A stretch of DNA of 42,892 bases from an uncultured Thermodesulfobacteriota bacterium (GTDB taxonomy: Bacteria > Desulfobacterota > B13-G15 > RBG-16-54-18), in NCBI GenBank assembly GCA_964565525.1, contig CAZMFG010000002.1:1-42892 (forward strand), in the 5' to 3' direction. A model generated the notes under the pieces. That model saw only the letters and a program-made list of their open reading frames with translations, was not told the DNA's origin and did no database searches. Within the stretch, counting starts at the first letter, position 1, and each line of letters begins with the position of its first letter. The position numbers and the translations under genes were made by a program. This document shows positions 1-7,463 of the stretch, one piece after another.

Positions 1-7
1 ATTATAC

Positions 8-784
8 ATGTCATATAGATCCGAAATACAAGACAACATCGGTATCTTCACTATTGACAACGCCCCGTCGAATTCCATTTCCACGGAAGCATTGAAGGCC
101 TTGGAGGCGCTCATCGATCGTGTGAATGCGGAAAAGGAGCTCAAGGGTATTGTGCTGACCGGTACGGGCCGGTCTTTTTGCGCTGGGTATGATCTCGTCA
201 CGTTCACCAGCTTTAAAGGGCCGGACGACATCGTCAAATGGTTCTCTGACGACGAAGAGATACTGTTCAAGCTCTTTACCTGCTCGAAACCGGTTGTGGC
301 GGCGGTCAACGGCCACGCCACCGCCGCCGGCATGATCCTCGTGCAAGCCTGCGATTACCGACTGATCAAGGATCACCCGAAGGTCAAAGTGGGAATGACC
401 GAAATCAAGCTGGGCTTGGCCTTGACGCCGTGCCAGGGCGAGATCATGCGCTTTGGGCTCGACACCGATAAAAACTGGCGAGAGGTGATGTTCAAAGGCC
501 AGCTCATTCCGGCCCCAGCTGCCGTGGAAATGGGAATCATCGACGAGCTCGCGGACGAAGCCGAGTTGCTCGAAAAGGCCAAAGCGAAAGTGTGCGAATA
601 CATCGACACGCCCAACAGGCCGTTCATCAAGCTCAAAGCCATCCAAAGAAAATTTGCCGCGCGACAGGCTCGCGAACTAATAGATGCCTACGAATACAAA
701 GGCGAAGTCGCCACTTTTACCAATCCGGTTGTCATCGCCGGATTGAAAAAGACATTGGAAAAGATCCTGGCGGCCGGCACATAG
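8..784 (+). CDS. enoyl-CoA hydratase/isomerase (crotonase) family protein
   Basis: 258-aa ORF with crotonase-fold segments ...GTGRSFCAGYDL... and ...PVVAAVNGHATAAGM... (oxyanion-hole regions). Confidence 0.85.
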   Translation: MSYRSEIQDNIGIFTIDNAPSNSISTEALKALEALIDRVNAEKELKGIVLTGTGRSFCAGYDLVTFTSFKGPDDIVKWFSDDEEILFKLFTCSKPVVAAVNGHATAAGMILVQACDYRLIKDHPKVKVGMTEIKLGLALTPCQGEIMRFGLDTDKNWREVMFKGQLIPAPAAVEMGIIDELADEAELLEKAKAKVCEYIDTPNRPFIKLKAIQRKFAARQARELIDAYEYKGEVATFTNPVVIAGLKKTLEKILAAGT

Positions 785-837
785 CGCGAGCTCGGCAAAA
801 GACAGCGGCTTAAAACGCCATTATATATAAAAAAGTA

Positions 838-866
838 TTGAATATTTCAGCATTGTCTGATATCTA
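838..866 (+). promoter_or_regulatory. candidate sigma70 promoter (TTGAAT-17 nt-TATCTA) upstream of the solute-binding protein gene
   Basis: -35 TTGAAT at 838-843, a 17-nt spacer, and -10 TATCTA at 861-866, about 80 nt upstream of the ATG at 946. A small hairpin (tgcggga/tcccgca, 889-907) lies in the putative 5' UTR. Confidence 0.3.
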
Positions 867-945
867 AATAAAGTAGGATTGCGGAAAATGCGGGAAGAGG
901 TCCCGCAATATAGTACGAGTCTCAATTAAAAGGGAGGAGTGTACT

Positions 946-2265
946 ATGAAAAAGCGCAGGGTGTTTTGGAGTGTCGTCTTATTGGCGGCCTTTCTTGTGG
1001 CGACTATCAGCCTTCCTGTCTGGGGGGCTGATACGATCAAGATAGGCGTGATCGGCCCGATGAAATATGTCCAAGGCATCGGGCACTGGAATGGGGCGAC
1101 CATGGCCGCCGACATTATCAACAAAAAGGGGGGTATTAAAGTTGGGGACAAAAAGATGAAGATCGAGCTGGTGAAGGCGGATTCCAACGAATTCCTCAAC
1201 GTCACGGATGCCGCCAATGCCATGGAGCGGCTCGTCACCACGGACAAGGTGGACTTTGTGGTGGGCGGGTTCCGCACCGAGGCGGTCCTGGCCATGCAGG
1301 ACATCGCCATGGAGCGCAAGGTGATCTTCATCGACTGTGGGGCAGCCCACCCTGAGCTCTGCAAGCGGGTGGCCGAGAACTACGACTTCTACAAGTATTT
1401 CTTCCGGGGGACCCCCTTCAATTCTACCTACCTAGCCAGAACGTCCTTTATCCATTTGGATACCGTCGCTGCCTTATTGAAAGAAAAGTTGAACATACCC
1501 CAGCTCAAGGTCGCTGTGGTGGGAGAAAAGGCCATGTGGGTTGAGCCGATGATCAGCTATGCCGAGGCCTACATTAAAGGCAAGGGGATGGAAGTGGCGG
1601 GTGTGTGGAGACCCTCACCGGTAGCCACGGATGTCACTGCCGAGCTTACCGCCATCCAGCGTTCAGGGGCCAATATCATTTTTACGATCTTTTCCTCCTC
1701 GGTGGGTATTACCTTTGCCCGACAGGCAGGGGAGCTCAAGATCCCGGCCTTTCAGGTGGGCATCAATGTGGAGGCCCAGAAGGAAGGTTTCTGGGATGCC
1801 ACCCAGGGGATGGGCAATTACGTCTTCACCATGAATACCTATAACCGTGACGTCAGACAAACCAAACTCACCAAGGAATTTGTCGAGGGCTATATAGAGC
1901 GATTCGGTGAGGTACCGACCTACACGGCGGATACGTACTACGCTATTAGGTACGCCCTTCAGCCGACCATTGAGGAGGCAGGGACCCTGGATGCCGACAA
2001 GATCGTGGCCATTCTGGAGGATCGTGTGTACCAGACCCCTTCCGGTACCGTAAAATACATGAAGGATAACGAGGGACGGCACCTCCACGATCTCACCTGG
2101 GGCCCGGGATATCTGACATCCTTGGGTGTTCAATGGCAGGATGGCGAGCTCAAGGCCGTGTGGCCCTACAAGTGGAAGATGACCCCGGATTCACCGACGG
2201 TCACGTATAAGGGGATGGTACCCATTAAGATACCGCCCTGGATGATCGAGAAGTATAAGAAGTAA
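946..2265 (+). CDS. ABC transporter periplasmic substrate-binding protein, branched-chain amino acid (LivJ/LivK-like) family
   Basis: 439-aa ORF with a strong SD (GGGAGGAG) and an N-terminal signal peptide (MKKRRVFWSVVLLAAFLVATISLPVWGA). The ...DTIKIGVIGPM... start and overall pattern are typical of type I periplasmic binding proteins. Confidence 0.85.
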   Translation: MKKRRVFWSVVLLAAFLVATISLPVWGADTIKIGVIGPMKYVQGIGHWNGATMAADIINKKGGIKVGDKKMKIELVKADSNEFLNVTDAANAMERLVTTDKVDFVVGGFRTEAVLAMQDIAMERKVIFIDCGAAHPELCKRVAENYDFYKYFFRGTPFNSTYLARTSFIHLDTVAALLKEKLNIPQLKVAVVGEKAMWVEPMISYAEAYIKGKGMEVAGVWRPSPVATDVTAELTAIQRSGANIIFTIFSSSVGITFARQAGELKIPAFQVGINVEAQKEGFWDATQGMGNYVFTMNTYNRDVRQTKLTKEFVEGYIERFGEVPTYTADTYYAIRYALQPTIEEAGTLDADKIVAILEDRVYQTPSGTVKYMKDNEGRHLHDLTWGPGYLTSLGVQWQDGELKAVWPYKWKMTPDSPTVTYKGMVPIKIPPWMIEKYKK

Positions 2266-2282
2266 AAAATCCGTCATGGCGC

Positions 2283-2316
2283 GTCCGCCCCTTCGAGTAA
2301 GGGGCGGACGTTTTTA
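2283..2316 (+). terminator. rho-independent terminator of the solute-binding protein gene
   Basis: Perfect 9-bp GC-rich stem gtccgcccc(2283-2291)/ggggcggac(2301-2309) with a 9-nt loop, followed by gTTTTTa. Confidence 0.7.
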
Positions 2317-2328
2317 TGGGCATTGTGC

Positions 2329-2368
2329 AAAAAAAAGAGAGACCCCACCGTTCTGGCGGGGTCTCTCT
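2329..2368 (-). terminator. rho-independent terminator of the nfnAB-like operon (minus strand)
   Basis: Perfect 11-bp stem 2336-2346/2358-2368 with an 11-nt loop. On the minus strand it is followed by a run of 8 T (plus-strand A-run 2329-2336). It lies 70 nt downstream of the stop at 2438. Confidence 0.65.
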
Positions 2369-2437
2369 TGATCAGTAAGACCTTACGTGCCTTGGGTCCT
2401 GGCGTTTCCGTCAACTCACAAGGGGAAAGCCGTCTGT

Positions 2438-3856
2438 TTAATCCTTGCTCGTCAGATACTGGTGGATTGCCTGGGACGAGTTTCTCCCCGCCCCCATGGC
2501 CAGGATTACCGTAGCCGATCCGGTTACGATGTCGCCGCCGGCGTAGACCCCCTCACGCGAGGTCTTGCCCGTCTCGGCGTCAGCCACGATATACCCCCAC
2601 TTGTTCAACTCCAGATTGGGGATGGTACCGGTGATGATGGGATTGGCGCCGGTGCCGATGGCGACGACCACCAGGTCCACGTCCAGGGTAAAATTGGAGC
2701 CCTCGATGGGTACCGGCCTCCTGCGGCCGGAGTCATCGGGTTCCCCCAACTCCATCTGGATGCATTCCATACCCACGACCCATCCCTCGTCGTTCCCGAT
2801 ATAGCGCAACGGGGCGGTCAGGAACCGAAACTGGACCCCTTCCTCTTCGGCATGGTGGACCTCTTCGGCCCGGGCCGGCAGTTCCGTCTTGGAGCGGCGG
2901 TAGACGATATGGACGTTGTCCGCCCCCAGCCGCAGGGCGGTGCGCGCCGAGTCCATGGCTACATTGCCGCCCCCGATCACCGCCACATTTTTGCCGAGGG
3001 CAATGGGGGTATCATATTTCGGGAAGAGATAGGCCTTCATGAGATTGGAACGGGTCAGATATTCATTGGCCGAATAGATCCCACAGAGGTTTTCGCCGGG
3101 GATGTTCATGAAGACGGGCAACCCCGCCCCCACCCCGAGGAAGACGGCGTCGTATCCCATCTCAAAGAGCTCATCCACGGTGAGGATTTTGCCGATGACG
3201 TGGTTGTACTTGATCTCTACTCCCAACCGTTTCAGATAATCCACCTCGGCCTCAACGATGGCCTTGGGGAGCCTGAATTCCGGTATCCCATAGACCAAGA
3301 CCCCCCCCGGCTTGTGGAGGGCCTCGAAGATGGTCACCTGATGGCCGTCCTTGATGAGGTCACCGGCCAGGGTGAGCCCTGCCGGCCCTGAACCTACGAC
3401 GGCCACCTTCCTCCCTGTCGGCGGCGGGAGTTGGGGCAGCCCTACTTCCCCCTGGGCCCTCTCGTAGTCTGCTGCAAAACGCTCCAGCCTCCCCACGGCC
3501 ACGGGCTCATCTTTCTTGCCCAGGACACAAAGGGCCTCGCACTGTGCTTCCTGAGGGCATACCCTCCCGCAGACGGCAGGGAGGCTGTTATCCTCCTTCA
3601 GTTTTTTGGCCGCTGCGATGAAGTCGCCCTCGGCGATCAGGTTGATAAATTCGGGAATCTTTACCCCCACCGGGCACCCCTCTATACACTTGGGCTTCTT
3701 ACATTGCAGACACCGGTTTGCCTCTTTTTGAGCGAGCTCAGGGGTGTATCCGTAAGGGACCTCGTCGAAGTTCCTGCTCCTCTTTTTGGGATCTTGCTCA
3801 GGCATCGGTTGCCTGGGTATCTTTTCTTTCTTCTCTTTCTTTTCTTTCTCGGCCAT
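2438..3856 (-). CDS. nfnB: GltD/SudA/NfnB-family NADPH-dependent oxidoreductase (glutamate synthase small-subunit-like; probable NADH-dependent reduced ferredoxin:NADP oxidoreductase subunit B)
   Basis: 472 aa. It has N-terminal Cys clusters CLQCKKPKCIEGCPV and CGRVCPQEAQCEALC, and two dinucleotide-binding motifs VAVVGSGPAGL and VAVIGGGNVAMD. It lies directly downstream of an NfnA/PyrK-like gene. Confidence 0.8.
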   Translation of the reverse strand: MAEKEKKEKKEKIPRQPMPEQDPKKRSRNFDEVPYGYTPELAQKEANRCLQCKKPKCIEGCPVGVKIPEFINLIAEGDFIAAAKKLKEDNSLPAVCGRVCPQEAQCEALCVLGKKDEPVAVGRLERFAADYERAQGEVGLPQLPPPTGRKVAVVGSGPAGLTLAGDLIKDGHQVTIFEALHKPGGVLVYGIPEFRLPKAIVEAEVDYLKRLGVEIKYNHVIGKILTVDELFEMGYDAVFLGVGAGLPVFMNIPGENLCGIYSANEYLTRSNLMKAYLFPKYDTPIALGKNVAVIGGGNVAMDSARTALRLGADNVHIVYRRSKTELPARAEEVHHAEEEGVQFRFLTAPLRYIGNDEGWVVGMECIQMELGEPDDSGRRRPVPIEGSNFTLDVDLVVVAIGTGANPIITGTIPNLELNKWGYIVADAETGKTSREGVYAGGDIVTGSATVILAMGAGRNSSQAIHQYLTSKD

Positions 3857-3868
3857 GGTTGTCCCTTT

Positions 3869-4705
3869 CTATTGCCCCTGTTCTTTTTGAAAGAGGTCAT
3901 ACGATCTGCGTTCTTCTTTGAGATAGGCAGCCTGGCGTTTGGTCAATTCGTCGAAGTCGACCTCGTGTCCGTCGAATTCCGGGCCATCGACACAGCAGAA
4001 TCGCGTCTTTCCACCCACCGAGACCCGGCAGGCGCCGCACATCCCCGTGGCGTCCACCATGATGGCGTTGAGGCTCACCAAGGTCTTTACACCGTACGGC
4101 TGGGTGGTCTTACAGACGAATTTCATCATGGGGACCGGCCCAATACCCACCACCAGCTTGACGTCCTTTTTCGCATCGAGCAGGTCCTTGAGGGCATCGG
4201 TGACAAATCCGTGTCTTCCATAGGAGCCGTCGTCGGTGGTAATCAGGAGTTCATCGCTCGCGTTCTTCATATAATCCTCCATGATCAGGAGGTCTTTGGT
4301 CCTGGCCCCGATAATGGAAATGACGTGGTTGCCGATATCCTTGAGGCCCTTGGTGATGGGGTATAACACGGCGATCCCCGTTCCGCCTCCCACGCAAATG
4401 ACCGTGCCCAGTTTCTCCAAGTGGGTCGGCCTTCCCAGGGGGCCGATGATATCGAGGATGGTGCCTCCTACCTGAAAGGTGCGCAGCATGGCCGTCGTTT
4501 TCCCCACTACCTGGAAGATGATATCGATGGTTCCCCCCTCAGGATCGATGCCGGCCATGGTGAGAGGTATCCTCTCCCCCGTCTCATTTGGCCTGAGCAC
4601 CACAAACTGCCCTGGTTGGGCCTTTGCGGCGATCAGGGGGGCCTCGATCTTGAAGTGACAAACGGTATTTCCCGCCATTTCTCGTTTTTCCACTATCTTA
4701 AACAA
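3869..4705 (-). CDS. nfnA: PyrK/SudB/NfnA-family FAD/NAD-binding iron-sulfur protein (probable Nfn subunit A)
   Basis: 278 aa. The TTG start at 4705 is preceded by GGAGGG at 6-nt spacing. It has a ferredoxin-reductase-like fold and a C-terminal [2Fe-2S] motif GMCGACRV...FCCVDGPEF. Confidence 0.8.
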   Translation of the reverse strand: MFKIVEKREMAGNTVCHFKIEAPLIAAKAQPGQFVVLRPNETGERIPLTMAGIDPEGGTIDIIFQVVGKTTAMLRTFQVGGTILDIIGPLGRPTHLEKLGTVICVGGGTGIAVLYPITKGLKDIGNHVISIIGARTKDLLIMEDYMKNASDELLITTDDGSYGRHGFVTDALKDLLDAKKDVKLVVGIGPVPMMKFVCKTTQPYGVKTLVSLNAIMVDATGMCGACRVSVGGKTRFCCVDGPEFDGHEVDFDELTKRQAAYLKEERRSYDLFQKEQGQ

Positions 4706-4738
4706 GGTTCTCCCTCCCTTTGCCTTTGATTTGTTTTG

Positions 4739-4752
4739 TGTGAACTATCACA
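4739..4752. promoter_or_regulatory. perfect palindrome TGTGA-N4-TCACA upstream of nfnA (operator-like site, regulator unknown)
   Basis: tgtgaactatcaca is a perfect 5-4-5 inverted repeat lying 34-47 nt upstream of the nfnA TTG start. The wider 18-mer ttgtgtgaactatcacaa (4736-4753) has TTGTG...CACAA ends. Confidence 0.25.
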
Positions 4753-4791
4753 AACCTCTCGCTCTGTCAAGTTTCACTCGAACCAACGAGA

Positions 4792-4898
4792 TGCGCACTT
4801 TTTTGCAATATTAAGGAGGTTGCACTCTTTTGATATCATGGCTCATATTAAGGAGGTGCACACTTTTTTGAAATATCAAGGAGGTGCACAATCTTCTG
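4792..4898. repeat. degenerate tandem direct repeat (3.5 units of 28-37 nt), each unit ending in AAGGAGG on the plus strand (CCTCCTT on the minus strand)
   Basis: Units: TGCGCACTTTTTTGCAATATTAAGGAGG (4792-4819), TTGCACTCTTTTGATATCATGGCTCATATTAAGGAGG (4820-4856), TGCACACTTTTTTGAAATATCAAGGAGG (4857-4884) and the partial unit TGCACAATCTTCTG (4885-4898). Units 1 and 3 are identical at 25 of 28 positions. Confidence 0.6.
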
Positions 4899-5453
4899 CC
4901 ATAATTGCCGTTTTCCCTCTCCTGTGTGGGCGGAGAAGGGGACGAGCGCCTCCGGCATGATGGAAAGGGCTTCGCTTGTTTGCTGCAGGACCTTGAAAAT
5001 CTTGTTTTTTGAAAGCTTGTCGATTTTGGTCATGGTGATTATCGCAGGCATGGCGAGGGTCTTCAACCACGCGATGAGTGAGAGGTCCAAGGGTGTGGGA
5101 CCTATCCGGGCGTCGATGATAATAACTACCCCACAGAGGGTTTTTCTGTTTTGACAGTATTGCTCTATGAGGGGGCTCCATTGTCTGCGCACTTGGTGGG
5201 GGACCTTCGCATAGCCGTATCCGGGTAGATCCACCAGGCACACCGCTTGATTGACCAGATAGAAATTGATGGACTGTGTTTTTCCAGGGGAAGAGCTGGT
5301 TCGAGCCAGGCCCTTGCGGTTTACCAGGGTGTTGATAAGGGATGATTTTCCCACATTGGACCTCCCGGCAAAGGCCACCTCCGGATAATTGCCTGGTGGA
5401 TATTCATTTTTGGGATAGACACTTTTGAGGAATTCGGCGCTTGTGATTTTCAT
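4848..5453 (-). CDS. engB: ribosome biogenesis GTP-binding protein EngB/YsxC/YihA
   Basis: 201 aa with G1 GRSNVGKSSLIN, G3 DLPGYGYA and G4 TKIDK. The last ~11 codons (LLDISKKCAPP) are read from the tandem repeat at 4848-4884. Confidence 0.85.
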   Translation of the reverse strand: MKITSAEFLKSVYPKNEYPPGNYPEVAFAGRSNVGKSSLINTLVNRKGLARTSSSPGKTQSINFYLVNQAVCLVDLPGYGYAKVPHQVRRQWSPLIEQYCQNRKTLCGVVIIIDARIGPTPLDLSLIAWLKTLAMPAIITMTKIDKLSKNKIFKVLQQTSEALSIMPEALVPFSAHTGEGKRQLWQKIVHLLDISKKCAPP

Positions 5454-5761
5454 GTTTATTGTCCCATTCTGGGAGCAAAACCCTCGCTTTTAGGCGAAGC
5501 AAACTATATAGGGTTCAAGGATTCAAGGGTTTTAGGAGTCAAGTAAAGAAAAAATAGTGATTCCTTGTATCCTTGACCACTGGACCCCTGCCGCTTTGCG
5601 GCATCCCGTATTCCGTAATTTATGCAAAGCGGAGCGGGATTGAACCCTAAAGTCCCGCCCTTGGCGGGGTAGTTTACGTTATACCAGATCAAAGGACCTA
5701 TGGCAAAAATATTGCATAAATTAACGTACTAAAAAAGAAGAAGGAAATATTTCTAAAAAGC

Positions 5762-5791
5762 TTGACACATTGAACAGAAAACAAGTAAAAT
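5762..5791 (+). promoter_or_regulatory. candidate sigma70 promoter (TTGACA-18 nt-TAAAAT) of the first radical SAM gene
   Basis: Consensus -35 TTGACA at 5762-5767, an 18-nt spacer, and -10 TAAAAT at 5786-5791. The ATG at 5800 begins only 8 nt after the -10 element and has no SD, so the transcript may be leaderless. Confidence 0.4.
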
Positions 5792-5799
5792 TTTGATCT

Positions 5800-6963
5800 A
5801 TGATACCCCTTAAAAACATCAGGAGGATTTTTGCCAAGGCCTCTCAGCAGCCTGCCTATGCCTTACGAGCGGCCCGAATGCGGTTCTTATCCTCCTTGAG
5901 CTATCGCCTTCTCGATGGGAGGAGCGCCCCCCCTGAGACCATCTCCCTGCTGCTTACCTATCAATGTAATCTGCATTGCAAGATGTGCGGGCAGTGGGGG
6001 GAGCGGGGGAGCTTAAAAGATCTCCCCTCTGCCGTCACGAGGAGATATCTGGAGCTTCCGTTGATTGAGAGCCTTATCGAAGAAGTGAAGTCCTTTCACC
6101 CCACCATGACCCTTTTTGGTGGGGAGCCCCTGCTCCACCCACAATGGGGTGAGGTCGTCAAACTGATCAAGGGGGCCGGACTTCGCTGCAACATGATCAG
6201 CAACGGCATCCTGCTCAAGAAGAAGGCCGAGGAGGCGGTGCAACTGGGACTGGATGAGATCATCTTCTCCCTGGATGGTCCTGCCGGGGTGCACGATGCC
6301 ATCCGGGGGGGGAAGGGGGTCTTCCGCAGGGCTTTGGAGGGTTTCCAGCACCTCCAGACAGTGAAGGAGAGATATGGCAAAAAGAGGCCCGCGGTGAACG
6401 TCAACACGGTCATCTGGGAGGAGAACCACACGATGTTGGGTGATATCGTTGAGGAGGCGGCCCGGTTCGGGGCCCAGACCATCACCTTTCATCACCTCAT
6501 CTTCCTCGACCAGGCGGCCTTCAGGGAGACAGAGGCCATCACACAGGCGGCCCTCGCCTGCAATTCACCTGATTGGGGAGGGTTCGTCAGAGACGAGCTC
6601 CCTGGGATAGACCCGGAGCACATCATCGAGCAGAGGCGCACGATTGAACGGGGGAGGAACGCAATACCGGCCTTTTTTTATCCCAACTTCACCGATGAGG
6701 AGATCAGGGCGTACTATAGTTCTTTTGATTTTCTTCCCACCTCGTATAAGCGGAGGTGTCTGAGTCCTTGGATGGTGGCCTATGTGCTGCCGGATGGGAC
6801 AGTCAAGCCCTGCCTCAGCCTGGGGTATGTGATGGGAAACCTGCAAGAAGCCGGTTTTCAGGAGATATGGAACGGAGATCGGGCAATGCGGTTTCGCCGT
6901 CTCCTCAAAGAGAGGGGTTATTTTCCTGTCTGTCCCCGGTGCACGGAGTTTTGTAGGTTTTAA
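5800..6963 (+). CDS. radical SAM/SPASM-domain protein (rSAM-1)
   Basis: 387 aa with the CX3CX2C motif in LLLTYQCNLHCKMCGQWG and a GGEPLL SAM-binding segment. The Cys-rich C-terminus (RRCLSPW...VKPCLS...FPVCPRCTEFC) is typical of SPASM/twitch auxiliary cluster domains. Confidence 0.8.
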   Translation: MIPLKNIRRIFAKASQQPAYALRAARMRFLSSLSYRLLDGRSAPPETISLLLTYQCNLHCKMCGQWGERGSLKDLPSAVTRRYLELPLIESLIEEVKSFHPTMTLFGGEPLLHPQWGEVVKLIKGAGLRCNMISNGILLKKKAEEAVQLGLDEIIFSLDGPAGVHDAIRGGKGVFRRALEGFQHLQTVKERYGKKRPAVNVNTVIWEENHTMLGDIVEEAARFGAQTITFHHLIFLDQAAFRETEAITQAALACNSPDWGGFVRDELPGIDPEHIIEQRRTIERGRNAIPAFFYPNFTDEEIRAYYSSFDFLPTSYKRRCLSPWMVAYVLPDGTVKPCLSLGYVMGNLQEAGFQEIWNGDRAMRFRRLLKERGYFPVCPRCTEFCRF

Positions 6964-7041
6964 CGGTGGTCTCGAAGTTGAGTGGTTGTTGCGTGTATGA
7001 GCTTGTCTATCGCCGATTCCACCTTACGGTGCAGTAAAAAT

Positions 7042-7203
7042 CTAGGAAGGACGAATAAGGGAACAATTACGCCAACCCTGTCGGCAATGGTTGCCAGCTG
7101 GGCCATCCATGTGCTGTTGCTTACACACCTGGAGCACTGCCTCCTCCGGCCTCCCTTTGACCAACACTACCAACTTGGGCTTTGTCCAGACCTTGGTTTT
7201 CAT
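7042..7203 (-). CDS. RiPP precursor peptide A1, 53 aa: MKTKVWTKPKLVVLVKGRPEEAVLQVCKQQHMDGPAGNHCRQGWRNCSLIRPS
   Basis: Translated by hand (ATG = rc of cat at 7201-7203; TAG = rc of cta at 7042-7044). The SD GGAGG lies 9 nt upstream. The 28-aa N-terminus is 26/28 identical to the second copy, and almost all nucleotide differences are synonymous in this frame. It was not in the ORF track (under 60 aa). Confidence 0.7.
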   Translation of the reverse strand: MKTKVWTKPKLVVLVKGRPEEAVLQVCKQQHMDGPAGNHCRQGWRNCSLIRPS

Positions 7204-7293
7204 CTTTTAGTGCCTCCGTGTTTTTAAGGCCTTAATCGCAACTTGTACGCCATCCAAACTATTACTTTATATCTGCATCAGATTACATGTTAC

Positions 7294-7302
7294 AGTATAT
7301 CA
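7294..7302 (-). promoter_or_regulatory. candidate extended -10 promoter element (TGaTATACT) for precursor A1
   Basis: The minus strand reads gatgTGATATACT. The identical 13-mer is conserved upstream of precursor A2 (9982-9994). It lies about 90 nt upstream of the ATG. Confidence 0.35.
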
Positions 7303-7463
7303 CATCTTTGTCATAGGGGGTAAGCAGTTTTTTGGTCATGGATGTTTACAGCAGTAACCCCCCTGCTAAAAAGCTTATGGCGGCTATCACTATATGGTAT
7401 ATATATGTGTCTGATCTTGCGTTCCTCAAAACGGTATTGTGCAGTACCGTCCGGCTACAGTGC

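Larger units (their letters stand above)
6984..7340 (-). repeat. precursor cassette copy 1 (3' flank + peptide gene + 5' UTR + promoter), paralogous to 9675-10027
   Basis: By eye it aligns with 9675-10027 over about 355 nt. Shared strings include cttgtctat, cttacacacctggag, tttgtccaga, gtttttaa, gccatc, agtatatcacatc and taagca. Confidence 0.7.

Noticed and set aside
2387-4366. Long plus-strand ORFs (2387-3391, 3431-4366 and smaller ones) antisense to the nfnB/nfnA-like genes
   Set aside because: Their amino-acid composition is low-complexity and rich in Gly, Arg and Pro. They have no recognisable motifs. They lie fully inside strongly supported minus-strand genes, which is typical of antisense shadow ORFs in GC-rich coding DNA.
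4736-4753. Rex (or CRP/FNR) operator upstream of nfnA
   Set aside because: The 18-mer ttgtgtgaactatcacaa matches the TTGTG...CACAA ends of the Rex consensus. However, the perfect half-sites are spaced by 4 nt rather than the 6 nt of Rex and CRP-type sites, so I report it only as an unassigned palindrome.
4792-4898. CRISPR array
   Set aside because: There are only 3.5 degenerate units, directly abutting one another with no unique spacers. The units differ in length, and there are no cas genes in the window.
4736-4960. 74-aa plus-strand ORF, and the three perfect AAGGAGG motifs that look like ribosome-binding sites on the plus strand
   Set aside because: The ORF is antisense to engB and has no recognisable domain. 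The AAGGAGG motifs are part of a tandem repeat and are not each followed by a plausible start codon and ORF. I interpret them on the minus strand instead.
5504-5692. 62-aa minus-strand ORF, and a tRNA-like GGGTTCAATCCC string (minus strand, about 5636-5650)
   Set aside because: The ORF has no SD and lies across the hairpins. The T-loop-like string lacks a pairing T-stem, and no acceptor, D or anticodon arms can be drawn, so it is not a tRNA.
6982-7227. 81-aa plus-strand ORF from the track (and its paralogue at 9751-9981, 76 aa), which share ..LTHLE.C.LRP....YQL..CPD.G.H.. similarity
   Set aside because: The similarity is the mirror image of the minus-strand precursor genes. Nucleotide differences between the copies fall at third positions of the minus-strand frame. 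The minus-strand ORFs have proper SD sequences, and the plus-strand ones have none. I treat both as shadow ORFs.
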